From positions 381-64,380 of the forward strand of contig JAJPKB010000642.1 in NCBI GenBank assembly GCA_021323915.1: a stretch of DNA of 64,000 nt, read 5' to 3'. The DNA comes from Chloroflexota bacterium. GTDB lineage: Bacteria; Chloroflexota; UBA6077; FW602-bin22; CADDYW01. The position numbers and the translations under genes were made by a program. Shown here piece by piece: positions 28,821 to 37,244 of the stretch (position 1 is the stretch's first letter; every line of letters begins with the position of its first letter). The notes beneath the pieces are model-generated. The model saw nothing but the letters and a program-made list of their open reading frames with translations. It was not told the DNA's origin and searched no databases.

Positions 28821-29651
28821 ATGAAGCGGCAAAAAGGTGCCGTCGGCCAGATCGTCCTATTAGCCCTGGTTCTCCTGATCCTTTTTCTGGTCTTCCTCCC
28901 CATCTTCTACCTGGTGATCTTCTCATTCAAGAACAATGCCCAGATCTACGCGAACTTCTGGGCATTACCGGACCCCTGGATCCTCCGCAACTATGCCCTT
29001 GGCTGGGGGGCGATTCAGAAGTCCTTGCTCAATAGCATCTCACTTTCGCTCGCCTCGACGGTGCTGCTCGTGCTGTTTGCCGGCATGGCCGGCTATGCTT
29101 TCGCGCGGCACCGTTTCCCCGCCAAGGAGCCGCTCTACTACTCTTTCCTCGCTTTGATGATGATTCCCACCGTGCTCACTCTGATTCCGCGCTACCTGCT
29201 GGTCAAGTCGCTGGGCCTGGTTGATACCCCCTGGGTGCTGATTCTCCCCTGGATGGCGGGGAACATGGCCTTTGGCATTCTCCTCTGCCGCGGTTTCTTC
29301 GCGACGCTCTCGGAAGAGCTCTTCGAGGCGGGAAGAATCGATGGCGCAACGGAGATCCAGCTCTTCGGCTATCTCGCCATTCCGCTTTCGCTACCGATCC
29401 TGGTGACGCTCGGCATCGTCCACGCGTTCCAGTCCTACAACGACTACATCTGGCCGCTGATCACGATCAACTCGAACGACCTGCAGGTCGTTACCGTCGC
29501 CCTGACGACCTTCAATTCCGGCTACGGGATCATCGACTACGGGCCGCGCTTCGCCGGCTACCTGCTCTCGGCGATCCCTTTACTGATCATGTTCTTATTC
29601 GGGATGCGGTACTTCATTCGCGGGCTCACCGCGGGCGCGTTGAAGGCGTAG
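28821..29651 (+). CDS. Carbohydrate ABC transporter permease
   Basis: EAA loop FEAGRIDGATEIQLFGYLAIPLS. GGAGGG RBS. Confidence 0.85.
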   Translation: MKRQKGAVGQIVLLALVLLILFLVFLPIFYLVIFSFKNNAQIYANFWALPDPWILRNYALGWGAIQKSLLNSISLSLASTVLLVLFAGMAGYAFARHRFPAKEPLYYSFLALMMIPTVLTLIPRYLLVKSLGLVDTPWVLILPWMAGNMAFGILLCRGFFATLSEELFEAGRIDGATEIQLFGYLAIPLSLPILVTLGIVHAFQSYNDYIWPLITINSNDLQVVTVALTTFNSGYGIIDYGPRFAGYLLSAIPLLIMFLFGMRYFIRGLTAGALKA

Positions 29652-29744
29652 ACAAGAAGCCCCGGAAAGGATCGGGCGCCCCGGCCGCTCGGCCGTCCCT
29701 CGTCCCCTGGCGCCTTTTCCCTGCTCATGCTGTGGAGTCCTGAT

Positions 29745-29758
29745 AGAACATATGTACT
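29745..29758 (+). promoter_or_regulatory. Cheo/LexA-box-like palindrome AGAACATATGTACT in front of the phage-derived block
   Basis: GAAC-N4-GTAC matches 7 of 8 core positions of GAAC-N4-GTTC and 11 of 14 positions of CGAACATATGTTCG. It overlaps a TACTAT -10-like hexamer and lies 34 nt upstream of the ATG at 29792. Confidence 0.4.
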
Positions 29759-29791
29759 ATTTCCCATGGGATGCACCAGAGCGAGGCAGGG

Positions 29792-30142
29792 ATGGAAAAA
29801 CGCAGGCGGAAGGGTAAGCTGGCTGATGACCGGAATGACCGTGCCTCGTCGAATCGGAGGACCCTACGGCGGCTGTACGAGGATCTCTTCAGTGCGGACG
29901 AGCGGGCGGCGCTGGCGGACGCGGTGGCGAGCAGCGACCTCGAGCAGGAGGTCGCGCTGCTGCGCGTGCTAATTCGACGGGGCGTCGCCGAAGGGGTGGA
30001 TCTGGAGACGCTGAGCCGTTCGCTCGGTCGTCTCGCCCAGATGCTGCGAGTCCAGCGGGTGATTCAAGGCCAGGCAGCGAAGAGTCTTGACGAAGCGCTG
30101 GGCCGGGTGCTGGAAGAGATTGGGAATGAAATGGGGATCTAG
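29792..30142 (+). CDS. Hypothetical protein, first gene of the phage block (positional candidate for the small terminase subunit)
   Basis: Basic N-terminus MEKRRRKGKLADD followed by a helical body. Function is inferred from position upstream of TerL only. Confidence 0.45.
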   Translation: MEKRRRKGKLADDRNDRASSNRRTLRRLYEDLFSADERAALADAVASSDLEQEVALLRVLIRRGVAEGVDLETLSRSLGRLAQMLRVQRVIQGQAAKSLDEALGRVLEEIGNEMGI

Positions 30143-30201
30143 GAATCAGCGAGCGAGGACAGAGTCGGGGGATCCCCCGATCCTGATCCCAGGGAGGGGC
30201 C

Positions 30202-30444
30202 ATGGCCGAGGCGAGGCGGCGATCGGCGGTAGCAAGGTCGATTGCAAAGATTGGCCGGGCGGTGAGCCAGGGACGGGAGGCAGCCGAGACCCGAGAAGCG
30301 CCATCATCGTTCGAGCAGGTGACCCGACGCGGGTTGGAGGATCTGACGCGTCAGGTCGAGCGGCTGGAGCTGAAGATCAATGGCGTTTTCCTGGCCATGC
30401 TCGGAGCGCTGCTGGCCGAGCTGTACCGGACGATTGGACACTGA
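30202..30444 (+). CDS. Hypothetical small protein with C-terminal hydrophobic helix
   Basis: 80 aa with a coiled segment LEDLTRQVERLELKING followed by VFLAMLGALLAELY. It ends 3 nt before the TerL ORF. Confidence 0.45.
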   Translation: MAEARRRSAVARSIAKIGRAVSQGREAAETREAPSSFEQVTRRGLEDLTRQVERLELKINGVFLAMLGALLAELYRTIGH

Positions 30445-30447
30445 TAA

Positions 30448-32007
30448 GTGGAGAGTGACCAGTTGTCAGTCCCGGCGATCGGGAAGAGGAGCGAGTGCCA
30501 AGGCAAACGCCAGGCGTGCCAGGGAACGTCACTTCGATACGCGATGACTCGGCTAGGAATGTGGTCAGCGAAGGTGCTGGGTCGTCCGCTGCGGCCCTAC
30601 CAGCTCGAGCCGGCCGGGGCGATTCTGCGGTCGATCGGGGAGGGGCGGGGCGAGATGATCACGGTGATGATGAGCCGGCAGGCCGGCAAGAACGAATTGT
30701 CGGCGCACCTCGAGTCGTTCTTGCTGGCCCGCTACCAGGGCCGAGCGGAGACGCTCGTCAAGGCGGCACCGACCTTCAAGCCACAAATCGTCAACTCGCT
30801 GATGCGGCTGGGCACGCTGCTCGATAATCCGCTGACGGCGAAGCGGTGGGCGAGTGAGCGCGGCTACATCGTTCGGGTGGGTCGAGCGCGGGCGCTGTTC
30901 TTCTCGGCCGAGCCGGGCGCGCAGGTAGTCGGAGCAACTGCTTCGCTGTTGCTGGAGGTCGACGAGGCGCAAGACGTCGGGATCGCCAAGCACGATAAGG
31001 ACTTCGCGCCGATGGCGAGCGCGACCAACGCGACTCGGGTCTACTACGGGACGGCCTGGGACGAGACGACGCTCCTGCAGCGCCAGATCGAGGCGAATCT
31101 GGCCGCCGAGAAGCGCGATGGAATCCGCCGGCACTTCGCCTATCCGTGGGACCGGGTCGCCGAGTTCAACCCGGCCTACGGTGCCTACGTCCAGGCGGAG
31201 CGCGATCGGCTCGGCGCGGATCATCCCCTCTTTCGCACCCAGTACGAGCTCAAAGTGATCTCGGGCGAAACGGGGTTCTTCACGCCGGCCCACCGTGCCC
31301 AGCTCGTCGGGCACCACCCGCGGCGCGCGCTGCCGGTCGACGATGGGTGCTACGTGGCGGCAATCGACGTCGCCGGCGGCGCGGAAGACCAGACCGAGGC
31401 CGTCGCGGAAGGCGTGCGCGAGCGGCGCCAGGACTCGACGGTGATCCTGCTGGGCCGACTGGACTGGCGCGACGTCGGCGAGGTTGGCCGGGAGCCGGTC
31501 ATCTACGTCGAGCAGGCTTACTGGTGGACCGGGGTGGACTTGCGGACCCAGTACGCGCAGATCGTGGATCTTCTGCGCAACGTCTGGCGGGCCCAGCGGG
31601 TGGCCGTGGATGCGACCGGGCTGGGGCGGGCGCTGGCCGATTTCCTCGTCGGTGCGTTTCCCGAGGACGTCGTCGAGCCGGTCGTATTCTCGGCGGCGAG
31701 CAAGTCGCAACTGGGCTATGACCTGCTCGCGGCGATCGCGGGGGGCCGGGTGAAATGGTATGCCCACGGTGACGACGACGCCGAGGGGCGGGAGTTCTGG
31801 CACGAGGTGGCCGAATGTCGATACACCGTCCTCCCCAGCCGGCTGATGCGCTGGGCGGTGCCCGAGGGGCGGGGGCACGATGATTTCTTGAGCGCGCTGG
31901 CGCTCTTGCCGGTGGCAGCGGCGAACTGTCCAGCGCCAGCGGCAGCGATGGTCATTCCCGGCGTGGATCCCTACGAGCGGGAGCGCCGGTTCGGAGGATT
32001 TGGGTGA
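30448..32007 (+). CDS. terL: Phage terminase large subunit
   Basis: Walker A-like MSRQAGKNE, Walker B LLLEVDEAQ, and a C-terminal nuclease-like region with acidic residues (AAIDVAGG..). The true start may be at M33 (30544). Confidence 0.85.
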   Translation: MESDQLSVPAIGKRSECQGKRQACQGTSLRYAMTRLGMWSAKVLGRPLRPYQLEPAGAILRSIGEGRGEMITVMMSRQAGKNELSAHLESFLLARYQGRAETLVKAAPTFKPQIVNSLMRLGTLLDNPLTAKRWASERGYIVRVGRARALFFSAEPGAQVVGATASLLLEVDEAQDVGIAKHDKDFAPMASATNATRVYYGTAWDETTLLQRQIEANLAAEKRDGIRRHFAYPWDRVAEFNPAYGAYVQAERDRLGADHPLFRTQYELKVISGETGFFTPAHRAQLVGHHPRRALPVDDGCYVAAIDVAGGAEDQTEAVAEGVRERRQDSTVILLGRLDWRDVGEVGREPVIYVEQAYWWTGVDLRTQYAQIVDLLRNVWRAQRVAVDATGLGRALADFLVGAFPEDVVEPVVFSAASKSQLGYDLLAAIAGGRVKWYAHGDDDAEGREFWHEVAECRYTVLPSRLMRWAVPEGRGHDDFLSALALLPVAAANCPAPAAAMVIPGVDPYERERRFGGFG

Positions 32008-33523
32008 GATGAATCCGGCACGGCGCTTTCTTGGCTGGCTCTCGGGGCCTGGGCCGTTCGTCGCTTCTCCAGTCCCAGGGGCCAGCTCTCCTTCGCCGGC
32101 CTCCGCCGGCCCTGACGAAGGAAGGGTCGTCGAGGCGCCGAACTCGACGACCTACGCGACCAGCTCGCTGACCGACGAGGATCGAGGCTGGCGGTCACTG
32201 ATTTCCGGTGGGATGCGCGAACTGACCTGGGCGCAGATCATCGAGAATCTGAACAACACGACCGAGGCCTTCCGGACGAATCCGCTGGCCTTTCGGCTCA
32301 TCCAGCTCCAGGTCGACCACGTCTTGGGCGACGGCATGGCGCTGCGCTCGTTCGACCCCCGGGTCCAGGCGGAGCTCGATCTGTGGTGGCACCACCCGCT
32401 GAATAACATGGCGGTCCGTCAGTTCCAGCTTCTGACGGCGCTCTCGATGGACGGGGAGATCTTCGTCACCATGCATACCAACCCGTTCGATGGAACGAGC
32501 TACGTGCGCCTCGTTCCCGCGGCGCTCGTCGACCGGATCGAGACGAATCCGGACGATCTGGAAGACGAGCTCCGCTTCCACCAAACAGCCCAGCCAATGA
32601 CGCCGGATACCCTGATGCGGATGCCGAGCGCCCTCCAGGCGGAGGGGCGCTGGTGGGACAAGAGCGAGATGCTTCACTTCGCGGTCAACCGGCCAGCCGG
32701 GGTGGTGCGCGGTCAGTCCGATTTGGCGGCCCTGTTACCCTGGCTGCGGCGCTATCGGGATTGGCTAACCGATCGGGTGCGGGTCAACAAGTACAAAACG
32801 GCCTACCTGTGGCACGTGACCCTCAAGGGTGCCGATCGGCGGGCCTTGACCCAGCGACAGGCGGAGCTGGCCGAGCCGCCCTCGCCGGGCTCGGTCATCG
32901 TCTCGAACGAGAACGAGACCTGGGAAGCCGTGCAGCCGAAGATCGACGCGCAGACGGTGGCCGACGATGGTCTGGCCTTGCGACTGATGATCGCGGCGGG
33001 CGCCGGCGTTCCGCTCTACTGGCTGGCCGAGGCCGAGCACACGGCGCGGGGGACCGCGGCCGAGATGAGCGAGCCGAGTTACCGACACTTCCGGCAGCGG
33101 CAGATTTATTTCGGCTGGGCGATCCGGACGCTGGCGGTGGAGGCACTGCATCGGCGGGGGCTGGTGGATGTCCAGCTTTCCGACGTCGTCGCGGATTTTC
33201 CCGAGCTGGACACGAGCGCGAGCCTGGAGACGGCGCAGGCGGCGGCGCAGCTCGCGCAGTCGCTCGCCCTGGCCGAAGAACACGGCTGGCTGACGAGCGA
33301 CGAAGCCGGCGCGATCTATCGGCACTACGTGGGCGAGAACGCGAGCCTGCCCCAGACGGGTGAGCGGGCGACGCCGCTCCCTGGCGGCAAGGCCGAGGAG
33401 CGGCGGAAGGCACGGCCGGCCAGGCCGGTGCTGGATCCGAATTCCCCGGCGGCGCAGGAGCCGATTCCGCCGCCTTTCGCGGGTGGCGGGCTGATCAAGC
33501 CCGAGCCAATTATCAACATTTAG
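32000..33523 (+). CDS. Putative phage portal protein
   Basis: 507 aa, directly after and overlapping TerL. Size and position are typical for a portal. No family could be assigned by eye. Confidence 0.6.
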   Translation: MGEMNPARRFLGWLSGPGPFVASPVPGASSPSPASAGPDEGRVVEAPNSTTYATSSLTDEDRGWRSLISGGMRELTWAQIIENLNNTTEAFRTNPLAFRLIQLQVDHVLGDGMALRSFDPRVQAELDLWWHHPLNNMAVRQFQLLTALSMDGEIFVTMHTNPFDGTSYVRLVPAALVDRIETNPDDLEDELRFHQTAQPMTPDTLMRMPSALQAEGRWWDKSEMLHFAVNRPAGVVRGQSDLAALLPWLRRYRDWLTDRVRVNKYKTAYLWHVTLKGADRRALTQRQAELAEPPSPGSVIVSNENETWEAVQPKIDAQTVADDGLALRLMIAAGAGVPLYWLAEAEHTARGTAAEMSEPSYRHFRQRQIYFGWAIRTLAVEALHRRGLVDVQLSDVVADFPELDTSASLETAQAAAQLAQSLALAEEHGWLTSDEAGAIYRHYVGENASLPQTGERATPLPGGKAEERRKARPARPVLDPNSPAAQEPIPPPFAGGGLIKPEPIINI

Positions 33524-33532
33524 GAGGTTTTT

Positions 33533-34024
33533 TTGTCACGAGCAGAGGTTGATCTTCGTCGCGGGATCCGCGACCAAAGCGGCCGTTTTCCCATGCTCGG
33601 CGAGCGGCCGGGTTATGCGCAGCCGGACGTGGTCGATCCGACGGGCTACTCTCTCCACGATCTCGGCCGGGCGGCCGATGGGGAGATTAGTGACGCGGCT
33701 GGGCCGCCGCTTGGCCAGCGGGACGGTCGCTTGTCGCTAGCGACCTACGGGGACGACACGGTGCATCCGGTGCCGGGCGGAGTGCTCGGGGAGGCCGGGG
33801 CCTGCGGGACGCCGGAGGGGCTCGGGATCGCGATGCTGCCCGAAGCTCTGACCGAGCAGCACGCGATCCGGGCGGGCCTGGCCGGAATCAGGAGCGAAGA
33901 TTCGGCCTGGTCACACGAGCAGCCTCAGCCGGATCCGCCGGAGTACACCGGTCGCGAGCCGCGGGGCGCGGAGAAGAGCGATACGGAGGTGTACCGGGAC
34001 TTGTACAGTGATGGCAATGATTAG
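33533..34024 (+). CDS. Hypothetical phage-block protein
   Basis: TTG start preceded by TAGGAGG. 163 aa, acidic, with no recognisable motif. Confidence 0.45.
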   Translation: MSRAEVDLRRGIRDQSGRFPMLGERPGYAQPDVVDPTGYSLHDLGRAADGEISDAAGPPLGQRDGRLSLATYGDDTVHPVPGGVLGEAGACGTPEGLGIAMLPEALTEQHAIRAGLAGIRSEDSAWSHEQPQPDPPEYTGREPRGAEKSDTEVYRDLYSDGND

Positions 34025-34039
34025 GGATTTGGAGGAGAG

Positions 34040-36442
34040 ATGGCGATTCTGAGCGAGGCGGAGCGGCACCGGCTGGTGGACTCCGACTTCGCGATTCCGG
34101 GCAAGCGCAAGCTGCCGATTCACGACGAGGAGCACGCCCGGCTGGCGTGGGACATGCTCGACCGGACGGAAGGACTTTCGCCCTTCGAGCGGGAAGAGGG
34201 CCGGGAGCGAATCATTCGGGCGTTGCACCGGCACGGGGTGAAGCTGAGCGTTCGCCAAGAGCGGTACCCAGAGGGGACCCGCGAGCGCGACGGCGTTTCC
34301 GTCGGGGATCGCTCGATGGGCGAGGCCGCGACGCGGGAGGCGGTCGTCGAGGAAACAACGTCGGTCTTGGAGGAGGTGGCCGAGGCCACGCTCGCCGACG
34401 AGACCGGGCACGTGATCGAGGTAACGATCGTCCGGCCAGGAGTCTCGGCGAACGGGTACAACTATCGGGAATCGGTGTTGCGGGACGCGGCCCCACTCTG
34501 GAATGGCGCACCGGCGTTCCTGGATCATCCCACGGCGCTGGATTTGACGCGGGCAGGATCTCGGAGCCTCCGGGATCTGGTGGGCGTCTACGAGGGCGCG
34601 CGTTACGAGGAGGGACGAGGCATTCGGGCACGGCTGCGCTTGCTGCCGAACGATCACGGTGTGTTCGAGACGATTCGAGAGGCAGTGAATGCAAAGACCT
34701 CCGGGCGGCCGGCGCCACCGATCGGGGTCTCGGCGGACTGGCGGCTGCTGAAGTCGCCAGCGAAGCCGGGGCCGGACGGCCGGCCGCGCTATGACGTCCA
34801 TGCGATTGTCGCGGTCAACTCGGGCGACCTGGTGATCCGTCCGAGCGCGGGCGGGACCTTTGATCGTATCCTGGAGGGCAGCCGGCCGGAGCCGGTGGAC
34901 TATTCGGTGTTGGTTGTGGAGGGACCTTTGAGCGATTCCGTCGCGGCGTCGGCTCGGCCGGGCGCCAGGCAAAATAGCGCTTCAACCGTGACTGGTGAGG
35001 GCTCAACCGCCGCGGGCACGACGTCGCCGGCGGCCTTGACGGGCGTTTTGGAGGCCTGGAGCGCACAGGCCTTCGCGAATAACCCGGCAATCGCGGCGGC
35101 GATCGAGGCAGCGACGAAGCCGCTGCGGGTGGAGCTCTGTCAAGCAGTGCTCGATGCCAAACTGCAGGCGGCGAGCCTACCGGCGCCGGCGGCCGAGCAG
35201 ATCCGGGGGCAGTTCGCCGGGCGGATCTTCGAGGCAGGCGAGCTCGACGCGAGCATCGCGGCGATGCGCTCTCTGCTCGGCTCGGTGTTCGGCCAGCAGA
35301 GCATACGGGGGGTCGGGACGGTGGTGCTGGATCCGACGCGGCCGATGGTGACGCCGCTGGAGAAGATCCAGGCGGCGTTTGATCGGCTGTTCGGACTGGA
35401 GGTACCGGCACACCTGAGCGGGGTGCCGCGGCTGAGTGGAATTCGCGAGGCGTATATCCTGATCACCGGGGACAAGTACTTCGACGGGAAGTACCACTGG
35501 GAAGAGTCAGTGGTGCGCGAGGCGAACGAGACGACGACCGCGGTGATGAGCAACGTCGTACTCAACAGCATGACCAAGCGATTGGTGAAAGACTACCAGG
35601 CACAGCCGAAGTGGTGGGAGCCGTTCTGCATCAAGGTGCCGGTGACCGACATGAAGCAGCAGAATCGGATCCGGCTGGCGGACTTCGGGACGCTGGCGAA
35701 CGTGGCGGAAGCCTCGGCGTACATGAACGTGGCCTGGGCCGATGCGCGGGAGAACTACACCCCGAGCAAGTATGGCAATCTGGTCGCGGTGACACTGGAG
35801 ATGTTTCTGAACGACGACCTGCACGCGGTGCAGCGGATTCCGACGAAGCTGGCGCACGCGGCGGTAGTGACCTTGAACGAGAACGTAGCGAACCTGTTCA
35901 CCCAGTCGGCGGGGACGGGGCCGGTGATGAGCGACGGCTTCCACGTGTTCGACGCGGCCAACCACCAGGGGAACACGAGCGCGGCGACGCCGGGAATGGA
36001 TCTGTCGAGCGCGGCGCTGCAGACGGCGATGACGACGCTGGAGAAGATGACCAACACGGCGGGCAAGCGGATCGGGGTGAAAGGGCGCTACCTGCTGATC
36101 CCGCCGGACCTGCGCTGGACGGCGCAGGTGATTACCCAGAGCCAGTTCGTCGCGGGCTCGGCGAACAACGACATCAACCCGTTGGCCGGGCAGATCATTC
36201 CGATCATCGTGCCGCAGTTGACGACGGCCTACCAGTGGTACCTGCTGGCGGATCCGGCCCAGATCGAGAGCATCGAGATCGGCTTCCTGAATGGGCGCGA
36301 GGAGCCAGAGCTTCTGGTGCAGGATAACCCGACGGCGGGGAACGTCTTCACCAACGACGAGATCAGCTACAAAATTCGCCACATTTATGGCATGGGGTGG
36401 CTTGACTACCGTGGCGCGTTCGCGGCGCTGCCGACGAGCTAG
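34040..36442 (+). CDS. Putative prohead protease/scaffold-major capsid fusion protein (HK97-fold C-terminal part)
   Basis: 800 aa with GGAGGAGAG RBS. The N-terminal part carries FAIPGKRKLPIHDEEHARLAW. A middle segment reads VTIVRPGVSANGYNYRESVLRDAAPLWNGAPAFLDHP and is followed by an Ala-rich linker. The C-terminal ~350 aa sit in the major-capsid position after the portal. Confidence 0.6.
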   Translation: MAILSEAERHRLVDSDFAIPGKRKLPIHDEEHARLAWDMLDRTEGLSPFEREEGRERIIRALHRHGVKLSVRQERYPEGTRERDGVSVGDRSMGEAATREAVVEETTSVLEEVAEATLADETGHVIEVTIVRPGVSANGYNYRESVLRDAAPLWNGAPAFLDHPTALDLTRAGSRSLRDLVGVYEGARYEEGRGIRARLRLLPNDHGVFETIREAVNAKTSGRPAPPIGVSADWRLLKSPAKPGPDGRPRYDVHAIVAVNSGDLVIRPSAGGTFDRILEGSRPEPVDYSVLVVEGPLSDSVAASARPGARQNSASTVTGEGSTAAGTTSPAALTGVLEAWSAQAFANNPAIAAAIEAATKPLRVELCQAVLDAKLQAASLPAPAAEQIRGQFAGRIFEAGELDASIAAMRSLLGSVFGQQSIRGVGTVVLDPTRPMVTPLEKIQAAFDRLFGLEVPAHLSGVPRLSGIREAYILITGDKYFDGKYHWEESVVREANETTTAVMSNVVLNSMTKRLVKDYQAQPKWWEPFCIKVPVTDMKQQNRIRLADFGTLANVAEASAYMNVAWADARENYTPSKYGNLVAVTLEMFLNDDLHAVQRIPTKLAHAAVVTLNENVANLFTQSAGTGPVMSDGFHVFDAANHQGNTSAATPGMDLSSAALQTAMTTLEKMTNTAGKRIGVKGRYLLIPPDLRWTAQVITQSQFVAGSANNDINPLAGQIIPIIVPQLTTAYQWYLLADPAQIESIEIGFLNGREEPELLVQDNPTAGNVFTNDEISYKIRHIYGMGWLDYRGAFAALPTS

Positions 36443-36475
36443 AGCTTGCCCTGAACTCGGTGAAGGAATGAAGCT

Positions 36476-36544
36476 CACTGCGGAGGCGCAGAGAACGCAG
36501 GGACACCGGGGTTCCCGTGGTTCCCTCTCTGCGCCTCCGCAGTG
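36476..36544 (+). terminator. 19-bp perfect inverted repeat immediately after the capsid gene (attenuator/terminator candidate)
   Basis: CACTGCGGAGGCGCAGAGA (36476-36494) pairs with TCTCTGCGCCTCCGCAGTG (36526-36544) around a 31-nt loop. Confidence 0.5.
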
Positions 36545-36566
36545 TGGTTCTCGTGAGGGGTAAGGG

Positions 36567-37226
36567 ATGGGCATCACCCTCCTGGCGGCGATGACGACGA
36601 ACGTCCGGATGGACCTGAAAGACCTGGACAGTACGAACTACCTCTGGCAGGACAGCGAATTGGCGCGCCACATTCAGCACGCGGTGGACGACTACCAGCG
36701 GATCTATCCGCTGACCAACGACGTGACGATCACGGTGGTCACGGCGGCGAACGGGTCGACGCGGCGGCAGGTAGTGGGGAGCCCTTTGCCCACGGGCTAC
36801 CTCTGGACGGAGCGGGTGGAGTACCCGATCGACAACGATCCGCCGGCCTATCTGGTGTTTCGGGAGGAGCTGCTCGACCAGGGGACGCTCTATCTGCCGA
36901 CCGGGGAGCCGCCGGCGGCGGGTGACCAGATGAAGATCTGGTACGCCCAGACGCACACCTTGAGTAATACGACGTCGACGATCCTGACCGAGCACGAGGA
37001 GATGATCGCTCTGGGCGGGGTGGCCTACGCGGCGCAGGCGGCGGCGCGCTACGCGCAGCACCGACTGAACGCGAGCTACTGGACGCCGAAGGGGATCTCG
37101 GATTTCGCGGTCGAAAAGATCGCCGAGTACAAAGCGGCGCTGGAGGTGCTGCGGTCGAGCTACGGGACGCCCGGGGTGCCGCAGCCGCAGTGGGGGCAGG
37201 TCGATCGTGACTGGTACAAACTTTAA
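36567..37226 (+). CDS. Hypothetical structural protein (positional candidate for head-tail adaptor)
   Basis: 219 aa directly after the capsid gene. The N-terminus ..VRMDLKDLDSTNYLWQDSELARHIQHAVDDYQRIYP resembles gp6-type connector N-termini. Weak evidence. Confidence 0.4.
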   Translation: MGITLLAAMTTNVRMDLKDLDSTNYLWQDSELARHIQHAVDDYQRIYPLTNDVTITVVTAANGSTRRQVVGSPLPTGYLWTERVEYPIDNDPPAYLVFREELLDQGTLYLPTGEPPAAGDQMKIWYAQTHTLSNTTSTILTEHEEMIALGGVAYAAQAAARYAQHRLNASYWTPKGISDFAVEKIAEYKAALEVLRSSYGTPGVPQPQWGQVDRDWYKL

Positions 37227-37244
37227 GCATCGCGGGGAGGTGGG

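Noticed and set aside
34040-36442. Encapsulin (HK97-fold nanocompartment) interpretation of the 800-aa protein.
   Set aside because: It is embedded between terminase/portal and lysis genes, so a viral capsid role is far more parsimonious.
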